Of a DNA stretch of 32,000 nucleotides, positions 16,689-23,169 are shown piece by piece. The stretch spans positions 2,000,659 to 2,032,658 of the forward strand of contig NZ_CP061314.1 of NCBI RefSeq assembly GCF_018688255.1, written 5' to 3'. The notes beneath the pieces are model-generated. The model saw only the letters and a program-made list of their open reading frames with translations. It was not told where the DNA came from and made no database searches. How positions within the stretch are numbered: position 1 is the first letter of the stretch; every line of letters starts with the position of its first letter. Position numbers and translations under genes: made by a program. This stretch comes from Polynucleobacter corsicus. GTDB taxonomy: Bacteria > Pseudomonadota > Gammaproteobacteria > Burkholderiales > Burkholderiaceae.

Positions 16689-17501
16689 ATGGCTAAATCA
16701 GTAAGCAGTAAAACAGCATTGTCCGCACAATCAATCATTGAGAAAGCGGATGCTTTAGTAAAACAGCGTGAAAACTTTGAACAAAATGAATACGCACGCA
16801 GTAATCAGCGTTTGTATGAAATTTTGGCGCAAGTGTTAGAAATGTATGAACAAGCAAGTATTAGCAAAACAACTTTGTCTGAAACTGTTAAGCAAATGAA
16901 GGCTAAGTTAGAAGCAAGTAAAGTGCGTGTTCAGACTAATACGCTGGCATTAACACTATTTGTGCGCTATGTATTCCGCACTGATAGACAACGCAGTATG
17001 AACTACAGCAGAACTTTACAGGCGGCTTTACAGCAAGGCATTAATGCTAAGCAGTTAGCGCAGTTTGTAGAGGACTGTGGCGGTGTAGAGCAATGTAAGA
17101 AGCGTTTTACTAAATCAGAGAAGGTTGTGGCAAAGGAAACTGTTATTGCTAACAATCTAGCTTTAGTAGATGACACATTAGCTAGCTTAGCTGAAAACCC
17201 ATTAGCAACATTTAAGGTTCCTAATAGTGTTGTAGCTACTACCTATGACAAAGAGTTTGTATTTGTAATTGGTAAGGCTGACAAGCAAGGCAACATTAAG
17301 GCGCTTGGTGCTGTGCCAGCATATTCAGCGGGCATGGCTAAGTGGGCTAAACAGCAATTAGCCTTGTTTATTAGTAATCAGCAGGCAATTACTAAGAAGC
17401 ATGCTAATGCTAAGCGCAAGGACACAGCACTTGCTACCGCAAAGTCTGCCGCAAAAAGCAAAACGCCCACTGAAACAGTAGGCGAATTGTTAGCGGCTTA
17501 A
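16689..17501 (+). CDS. hypothetical protein, first gene of a two-gene operon with the AAA+ ATPase
   Basis: 270 aa, with AAGGAG 6 nt upstream of the ATG. Appears helical with a basic Ala/Lys-rich tail. I recognise no family. Confidence 0.6.
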   Translation: MAKSVSSKTALSAQSIIEKADALVKQRENFEQNEYARSNQRLYEILAQVLEMYEQASISKTTLSETVKQMKAKLEASKVRVQTNTLALTLFVRYVFRTDRQRSMNYSRTLQAALQQGINAKQLAQFVEDCGGVEQCKKRFTKSEKVVAKETVIANNLALVDDTLASLAENPLATFKVPNSVVATTYDKEFVFVIGKADKQGNIKALGAVPAYSAGMAKWAKQQLALFISNQQAITKKHANAKRKDTALATAKSAAKSKTPTETVGELLAA

Positions 17502-17570
17502 CTTACAAAAGTGTTTTGAAACTTGGGCTGGGTGTTGGCGCACTCAGCCCACAAACAAAGGATAACTGAT

Positions 17571-18227
17571 ATGAATAGTAATTTCAAGTATCGCCCTCAG
17601 ACTATAGATGAGTTTGTTTTTGCTACACCTAAATTGGAGACACAAATCAAACGCTATACGCAGGGTAAGTCATTATTACCATTGGTGCTATATGGAGCAT
17701 ATGGGACTGGCAAGAGTTTATTGGCAGACTTAATTCCAAAGGCATTAGATGGCGCAGATGTAAAAGTTAATTACATCAACGCAGAAGAATTAAACAATGC
17801 TAATGATGTGCGTAAAAAGTTTTTTCGCTCTGTTCAATTTGATAAGTTCTTTACAACTAATGGACAAAAACACAACTACACCGTAGTAGAGGAGGTTAAT
17901 TTTGATCCTAAAGCAAAGGGCGCATTACGAGTGTGCTTGGATGATATGGCTGAGCGAGAACTGTTTATCTTCACAACAAATGAAGTTGATAAGATAGATA
18001 AAGGCTTGCTTAGCAGAGCTGAAGTAGTTGAAGTATTGCCTGCGCCACCTGATCGTTTCTTCCCTCGCGCACAGCACATATTACGCAGTGAAGGAGTTGA
18101 TTTAGAAGACAGTGTCTTGCGTGATGTGTTGGAAACAGTGTATGAGAACGATTATGATAATCGTGCCTACTATCGTGCTTTAGATGAAATTATTGAAGCA
18201 TGGAATGACAACACACTACAGCAATAA
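17571..18227 (+). CDS. clamp-loader-like (RFC small subunit / T4 gp44-like) AAA+ ATPase lacking the collar domain
   Basis: FKYRPQTIDEFVF (RFC box II, compare gp44 KYRPSTIDECIL). Walker A is GAYGTGKS, Walker B-like is VVEEV, sensor-1 is FTTN, and the SRC-like arginine finger is SRA. ATG 17571 has AAGGA 8 nt upstream. Confidence 0.7.
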   Translation: MNSNFKYRPQTIDEFVFATPKLETQIKRYTQGKSLLPLVLYGAYGTGKSLLADLIPKALDGADVKVNYINAEELNNANDVRKKFFRSVQFDKFFTTNGQKHNYTVVEEVNFDPKAKGALRVCLDDMAERELFIFTTNEVDKIDKGLLSRAEVVEVLPAPPDRFFPRAQHILRSEGVDLEDSVLRDVLETVYENDYDNRAYYRALDEIIEAWNDNTLQQ

Positions 18228-18230
18228 TCA

Positions 18231-18251
18231 AGCGTAGATTTTTTTGACGCT
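18231..18251. repeat. 21-bp palindrome family, copy d (AGCGTAGA-ttttt-TTGACGCT, imperfect)
   Basis: Starts 4 nt after the ATPase stop. Has one mismatch and one G-T pair in the arms. Confidence 0.75.
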
Positions 18252-18259
18252 TAACTTTT

Positions 18260-18293
18260 AAGCCCGCTTATTAACTTAGGCGGGCTTTTTTTA
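18260..18293 (+). terminator. Rho-independent terminator between convergent genes
   Basis: AAGCCCGC-12 nt-GCGGGCTT followed by a T7 run. Confidence 0.8.
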
Positions 18294-18857
18294 TACCAAC
18301 TCAACAGCCTTACGCATCATATCGTCCGACGCAAAAATATAGATGGAAGTTGTCTGTATGTCCTTATGTCCCATTAAGTGCTGTAGTACCTTAATACCCA
18401 CACCATTGCTTGCTAAGTTCGTTGCGAAAGTCCTGCGTCCGCTATGTGATGAGGCTTTAATACCTGCTTTGCGATAGAGCCAAAAGAACCATTGTGTCAG
18501 CGTGTTAGCAGAAAACCCATTTGACTTTTCTGTAGCAAACAAAGGCAGTGATGTGTCTTTAGGTGAGTAATGCTTTAAGTAAGTAGCTAATTCAGTTCGT
18601 AGCTTTTCATTTACAAACACCACCCTTCCTTTGTTGCCCTTCGTTTGACTGGCAGATAAGCGTATCTCGCTTTTAATCGTTCCATCTTCATTTCGCACAT
18701 CGCATATTCTTAGTGCGGCAATCTCCCCAACTCGCATCCCACTCCAACAGCTTGTCAGTAGCATCGCCCTGTTTCTAATGCTGTATTTCTGTTTTGTGCT
18801 GATGTAGCGCAATACCATATCTATTTCTGATTGATTTAATGTTTTTGCTTGTGCCAT
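18291..18857 (-). CDS. small tyrosine recombinase, catalytic domain only (FimB/FimE-sized)
   Basis: 188 aa. Catalytic residues are present: GMRVGE (R), TKGNKGR (K), HSGRRTFAT (H-x-x-R), LMGHKDIQTTSIYIF (H..Y). There is no N-terminal core-binding domain. Confidence 0.85.
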   Translation of the reverse strand: MAQAKTLNQSEIDMVLRYISTKQKYSIRNRAMLLTSCWSGMRVGEIAALRICDVRNEDGTIKSEIRLSASQTKGNKGRVVFVNEKLRTELATYLKHYSPKDTSLPLFATEKSNGFSANTLTQWFFWLYRKAGIKASSHSGRRTFATNLASNGVGIKVLQHLMGHKDIQTTSIYIFASDDMMRKAVELV

Positions 18858-19161
18858 TTTCTTGCTCCATAAAAGAATTTATTGTTATTAGTATGTTTTC
18901 TTATTAGCAAAATTCCTACCGAAAAATGGCAGAAAAAGATCTTCCATAAATCAATGACTTACGCAGTCAAAGTAGCTCGTTATAAGAATTTAGTAATTTT
19001 CTTATTACGCCGTAGTCAATAAGCCACACCTATAGCAAGCCCTATACGCTTTTATTTAAGCGTTCTGTAGCTTGGGTATTAACTTAGTCGGAATTTTGCT
19101 TTGTAGCGTTGATTTGATGTATTGCTGTGCTACGCTTATAAAACCAACGCTAAAGGACTAT

Positions 19162-19650
19162 ATGAGTGATATGTATTTGACAGAAGCTGACTTTAATTTT
19201 CAGAGTGATAACGCTGAATTAAGAGAGAAGGCTGAAAATATTGTCAATTTCACAAGCTCAGTCCTTTTAGATTTAAGCGACGAAGATATTGACGCTATCA
19301 AGCAGTTAGAGGACATATTTCTATCTTTACAAGATTCCTTATTTTCAAATTCAGACACAATATTAAAAAGTAAGCGTTTGGGTTTTACGGAAGAAGATAA
19401 AAAGAAGTTAGATGAACTACAAATAATTCTTTTAGATAAGTGGAAAGAATTTGGATTCACCGAAAGCTTCTTTCATCGGCTATATCAAGTTCAGCGCCAA
19501 TTGAATGGTTCTGAATTAAACGCCAATCAGAGCGAACGCTTAGATTTGTTATTTCAAATACTTAATGAACAGAAAACCCTTGTAATTGCTTTCAATGTAA
19601 TGCGTAGTAAGGATCGCCCTGTGATATTGGATGTAGAAGAATATATGTAG
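19162..19650 (+). CDS. hypothetical acidic helical protein
   Basis: ATG 19162 has AAAGGA 6 nt upstream and is preferred over the upstream TTG 19072. No recognisable motifs. Confidence 0.5.
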   Translation: MSDMYLTEADFNFQSDNAELREKAENIVNFTSSVLLDLSDEDIDAIKQLEDIFLSLQDSLFSNSDTILKSKRLGFTEEDKKKLDELQIILLDKWKEFGFTESFFHRLYQVQRQLNGSELNANQSERLDLLFQILNEQKTLVIAFNVMRSKDRPVILDVEEYM

Positions 19651-19684
19651 ATATATGCCACGCAAAATTTCAGGTAGTAGCTGT

Positions 19685-19754
19685 AAATTTTTGTAGCGCA
19701 GTTTTTAAGGGGTGCGTAGATCTTAGCCACTGGTGATTTAATCTAACCACACCC
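19685..19754 (+). repeat. ~70-bp degenerate direct repeat, copy 1
   Basis: Shares the identical blocks TGTAGCGCAGTTTT and TTAATCTAA, in the same order and spacing, with 21613-21682. Lies just after the stop of 19162-19650. Confidence 0.6.
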
Positions 19755-19756
19755 TA

Positions 19757-20071
19757 TTAAGCCGAATCTATTACATCTCCGTTGCCATCTTCTAATTGAT
19801 AGACATGTTCTGTGGTGCCTTTGCGATCACTGAACCAATCATCATCTTCATAGTTTTCATATTCAATGTGATAAAGCATCTTATAAAGTTCAAACCAAAC
19901 ACTTGGGTCTGATGGTGCTTCGTCAGGATATTCCTCCAAATCTTCACCACTACTTTGTTCTACACGAGATTTAAGTGCTTCCCATTGATCTTGATCTTCT
20001 GTATCAAACTCTTCCCAAAATGATTGAATAACAGTTTGATATAGATCTTGTTTCGCTTTGAACTTAGGCAT
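19757..20071 (-). CDS. small, highly acidic protein (candidate DNA mimic / anti-restriction-like)
   Basis: 104 aa, with AGGAA 7 nt upstream of the ATG. I count about 29 D/E against 8 K/R, with aromatic residues interspersed (EYENYEDDDWF). Confidence 0.6.
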   Translation of the reverse strand: MPKFKAKQDLYQTVIQSFWEEFDTEDQDQWEALKSRVEQSSGEDLEEYPDEAPSDPSVWFELYKMLYHIEYENYEDDDWFSDRKGTTEHVYQLEDGNGDVIDSA

Positions 20072-20815
20072 TGTAAATTCCTATTAAGTTGAGAAATCAA
20101 ATAAGTTATTACATTGATAGGCGAAATACATTCGCCTGTGATTTCGCTTGCGCTCATCACCTTTTCTTCTCTAACTATACTAATAAAATATTAAGCTGAG
20201 TTAATGCTTAATGAACTTTTGATAGATTCAACCTACACTGAGCCTTAAGCAACAGGCTCAGTTATAGAAAAGTTCTTTTGATGAGTTCTTTACTACACCA
20301 CTATAAGCACAACCAATTGGTAAGGGCGGTTTCGCTATCTCCTTTTATGTGCGGCTTAAAACGCAACAATGACAAAAGCAATAAGTGGCTACCTTTATCT
20401 TGTTTGAAAGTTGCTGTGTAAGCAGGGCTTTCTCGTGACGCTCACAGCCCTATAGGCTGTCGTCTTTGTGCTGTTCATATACTTGATTCAATTAGTTAGC
20501 AAAGCTAATAGCGTCCTGTTAAGGATAGTGAATACAAGTCTCTGCTACCGCACAGAAATTCCATCCCTGTGACTCTTAGTCCAGTTTTAGGGCGACATAA
20601 CAACTGAGTGTCGCTACTCGTTATCGGTAGTAATTGTTGGCATATAGAGCTTTCTTCTGTTCTATTTGTCTAATTTATTTATACAAGTGATAAGAATAGA
20701 AATAAGAATCTGGCTTTTTATTTGGTAAGAATGGGGCTTTGTCCGTAAGCCTCTTGTCCAGTTAAAAACTCTGGCAATAAATTAAGTGTGTTCATTAACT
20801 TATAGGAGAAATAGC

Positions 20816-21256
20816 ATGAGCACATTAAGCACTTTGAAGTTGGTAGCAGTAAAAAAGCCAACCCATATACCAGCACTACAGCATCGCCGTAATAAGCTGT
20901 CTAACAAGTTATGGGAGCAAATCAATTTGGCGCAAAGTCAAATTGATGGCAAGCCGTTTGTAGTAATGAAGTTTCGCTCGGTTAAAGATATTGAAACGGG
21001 CTTACGCAAACAAGTAGAAATTCCCAAACGCATTAAAGCGTGGTGGTTTGTAGCAGACACAGGCAAGGTTTGCTTTTCTGTGAAATACGGCACACGCACT
21101 TTGGAGTTGGCGAAAGGCAAACCCAGTGTTCAAGTAGAAAGCGCAGAAGACTTAGTTAAAGCATTAACTGCCATTAAGTCAGCAGTGGAAGCTGGTGAGC
21201 TTGATAGTCAAATTGAAGAAGCAAGCAATGCGCTACGCAAAGGATTTGGCAAATGA
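20816..21256 (+). CDS. hypothetical protein, first of three translationally coupled genes
   Basis: ATG 20816 has TAGGAG 7 nt upstream. 146 aa. Its stop overlaps the next ATG as ATGA. Confidence 0.6.
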   Translation: MSTLSTLKLVAVKKPTHIPALQHRRNKLSNKLWEQINLAQSQIDGKPFVVMKFRSVKDIETGLRKQVEIPKRIKAWWFVADTGKVCFSVKYGTRTLELAKGKPSVQVESAEDLVKALTAIKSAVEAGELDSQIEEASNALRKGFGK

Positions 21257-21396
21257 AGCAATACAGGCTATGGGTACGCATCAATCAAACGCAAACAGCC
21301 AATACGATTGTGTTTGCGGACAATGCGTATACGGCAAAGCAATTAGGTGAGGCGCAGTATGGAGCTGGTAATGTGCTGAACTATACGGAAGTATGA
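21253..21396 (+). CDS. 47-aa small protein, below the ORF-track cutoff
   Basis: MKQYRLWVRINQTQTANTIVFADNAYTAKQLGEAQYGAGNVLNYTEV. ATGA overlaps both the upstream stop (21253-21256) and the downstream start (21393-21396). Confidence 0.5.
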   Translation: MKQYRLWVRINQTQTANTIVFADNAYTAKQLGEAQYGAGNVLNYTEV

Positions 21397-21614
21397 GTAG
21401 TGCTTTAGTGGGGGCTGGGTTAAATACTTGTATGCGCTTTTATGAATTTGCCCACACCCCCACAATCAAGCCTATCAAGCCAATGAACCCACAGCAATAT
21501 CGCCTGTATAGCCTAAAGCGCAACAAAGAAAATGCTAAGAAGGCTTATAAGGCTGAGAAGGATAGGCAGACTGTAGCTAAAGCACAGCAACAGATTTTCA
21601 AAGCTACTCACTAA
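21393..21614 (+). CDS. small basic hypothetical protein
   Basis: 73 aa with a Lys-rich C-terminal half (KRNKENAKKAYKAEKDRQ). Coupled to the 47-aa ORF. An internal start at 21432 is possible. Confidence 0.45.
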   Translation: MSSALVGAGLNTCMRFYEFAHTPTIKPIKPMNPQQYRLYSLKRNKENAKKAYKAEKDRQTVAKAQQQIFKATH

Positions 21615-21682
21615 AAATCTGTAGCGCAGTTTTCAAACGCCACGCAGAACCTAACCCCCACCAGTTTTAATCTAATACCCCC
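21613..21682 (+). repeat. ~70-bp degenerate direct repeat, copy 2
   Basis: See 19685-19754. It starts at the stop codon of 21393-21614. Confidence 0.6.
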
Positions 21683-21796
21683 CAATAACTATTAAATGTG
21701 AAATATGTGTTTTGACGCAAAAAGCGTGGGTTTTTGGCAGTTTTTATATGTATTTTTATTTTGGTATGAGTGGGGACGAGAGGCTATGCTGAAATG

Positions 21797-21817
21797 GGCG
21801 TAAATTATTTTTACGCT
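21797..21817. repeat. 21-bp palindrome family, copy e (GGCGTAAA-ttatt-TTTACGCT)
   Basis: The first base is G instead of A; otherwise the architecture is the same. It is the last copy before attR. Confidence 0.75.
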
Positions 21818-21935
21818 ACTCAACATACTTTCTGCCAGCACCATAAAACACTTTTTCAACACACCAAGCAATATTTTTTTCTGCGCTGTATCAATAGAAA
21901 ACGCTTGTAAATATTTTTACTGTGTAAGTTTTTTA

Positions 21936-21962
21936 GTGTCACTGTGTCACACAGCGTGTCAC
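21936..21962 (+). promoter_or_regulatory. three direct GTGTCAC heptamers, candidate arm-type recombinase/RDF binding sites near attR
   Basis: GTGTCAC occurs at 21936, 21944 and 21956, and overlaps the palindrome CTGTGTCACACAG. Related YACTGTG motifs lie at 21918 and 21940, and near attL at 12048, 12114, 12133 and 12240. Confidence 0.35.
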
Positions 21963-22024
21963 GCACCACTTTGCTATCGCCCTGCGAAGCATATAAACAT
22001 TGGGCTTTTGACTACCGTAGGAGT

Positions 22025-22067
22025 ATTTTCAATCCTCTGCTCTACCGACTGAGCTACCAGGCCAAGA
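22025..22067. repeat. attR-type 43-bp direct repeat (displaced 5' half of tRNA-Phe)
   Basis: Identical to 11960-12002. There is no tRNA 3' half next to it. Confidence 0.85.
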
Positions 22068-22179
22068 GCTGGAATTATAAATGAAACTGTGCTTCTGCCT
22101 GAAAAACATGCTGGCTGAGGTGGGTTGTGTCGATTTGATGGCTTTAGGATTCCCCGGGTCAGCCAAAATATATCGGCGC

Positions 22180-23067
22180 CTATTCTGCAATAAAGGTATT
22201 TTCCAGCCTGCCAATACCACCCATTTCTACCACCACCACATCGCCATTCACTAGATATTTTGGCGGCTTAAATCCGATTCCAACACCTACGGGAGTGCCG
22301 GTGGCGATGATATCGCCGGGATAAAGAGTAATGCCAGCGGAAACTGTTGCAATCATGTTGGGGATATCAAAGATCAGATCCTTCGTGTTGGAGTTCTGGC
22401 GTAACTCACCATTCACCCAGCATTTCACTGAAATATCCTCTGCATTAACTTGATCAGCAGTAACGACCCAAGGACCCATAGGGCAGAAAGTGTCAAAGCT
22501 CTTACCAAGAAACCATTGCTTATGACGCTGCTGCCAATCTCTAGCAGTCACATCATTGATGGCAGTGTAGCCCCATACATGCTTCATTGCGTCAGCCTCA
22601 CTAATACCTTTTCCACCCTTGCCAATAATGATGGTTAATTCAGCCTCGTAATCAATTGCTGTTGAAACTGCAGTGGGAATGATGACATTCGTATTAGGCC
22701 CCGTAACAGATTCAGGAGGCTTCGTAAAAAAGATGGCATGTGACGGAATATCTTCACCAGGCTTAGCGCTACCGTCAAATCCACTATTAGAAAATTCTTT
22801 TGCATGCTCATGATAATTTTTTCCTACACAAAAGATATTTCTTCTGGGTCTTGGGACTGGAGCTAACAAGCGAATGGCGGAAAATGCATGGGTTGCCACT
22901 GGCTTAGATAACTTTCCCGCTAAATCTGCGCGCAATATTGCCACTACGCCATCCTCGCTGACATCTACACCCAAATCCAACTCTTCAACAGATTTACCAT
23001 CCTCAGAGATTGAGCCAATCCGGGTTTTACTGGGGTCATTGAGCAGAGAAAATGTAGCGTATTTCAT
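22180..23067 (-). CDS. fumarylacetoacetate hydrolase (FAH) family protein
   Basis: 295 aa. FCVGKNYHEHAKEF and the downstream DYEAEL / GTPVGVG patterns are typical of FAH-family hydrolases/isomerases. Confidence 0.88.
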   Translation of the reverse strand: MKYATFSLLNDPSKTRIGSISEDGKSVEELDLGVDVSEDGVVAILRADLAGKLSKPVATHAFSAIRLLAPVPRPRRNIFCVGKNYHEHAKEFSNSGFDGSAKPGEDIPSHAIFFTKPPESVTGPNTNVIIPTAVSTAIDYEAELTIIIGKGGKGISEADAMKHVWGYTAINDVTARDWQQRHKQWFLGKSFDTFCPMGPWVVTADQVNAEDISVKCWVNGELRQNSNTKDLIFDIPNMIATVSAGITLYPGDIIATGTPVGVGIGFKPPKYLVNGDVVVVEMGGIGRLENTFIAE

Positions 23068-23169
23068 GGTTTTGTCTCCATTTGGGATTTTGTCTTAAAA
23101 ACCCTAGGTTTTAATGCTCAAGATTGTAGTAGAGTAAAAAGGAAATCAAATAATAACCAAGTAAATACT

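Larger units (their letters stand above)
12003..22067 (+). mobile_element. ~10.07-kb integrative genomic island inserted in the 5' half of tRNA-Phe
   Basis: 43-bp direct repeats at both ends and an integrase next to the tRNA. Cargo is R-M genes and unknowns. No CCGG was seen inside, while it is frequent outside. Confidence 0.85.

Noticed and set aside
21705-21803. 32-aa aromatic/hydrophobic mini-ORF (MCFDAKSVGFWQFLYVFLFWYEWGREAMLKWA) as a small toxin
   Set aside because: It has no Shine-Dalgarno sequence. It lies in a T-rich non-coding stretch where such ORFs arise by chance, and its stop is simply the TAA inside palindrome copy e.
13519-21817. The repeated 21-bp palindromes as a CRISPR array or as ordinary Rho-independent terminators
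   Set aside because: Spacing is irregular at 1-3.5 kb, whole genes lie between copies and no cas genes are present, so this is not CRISPR. The stems are AT-rich and lack a consistent downstream T-tract. One copy lies in a promoter region, and a real GC-rich terminator (18260-18293) sits right beside copy d.
12003-22067. The island as a prophage or conjugative element
   Set aside because: I recognised no capsid, tail, terminase or lysis genes, and no relaxase or type IV secretion genes. At ~10 kb it fits a small integrative or mobilisable island, or possibly a satellite, but that remains unproven.
22029-22220. 63-aa minus-strand ORF spanning attR
   Set aside because: It overlaps the displaced tRNA 5'-half repeat and the 3' end of the FAH-family gene, and has no independent support.
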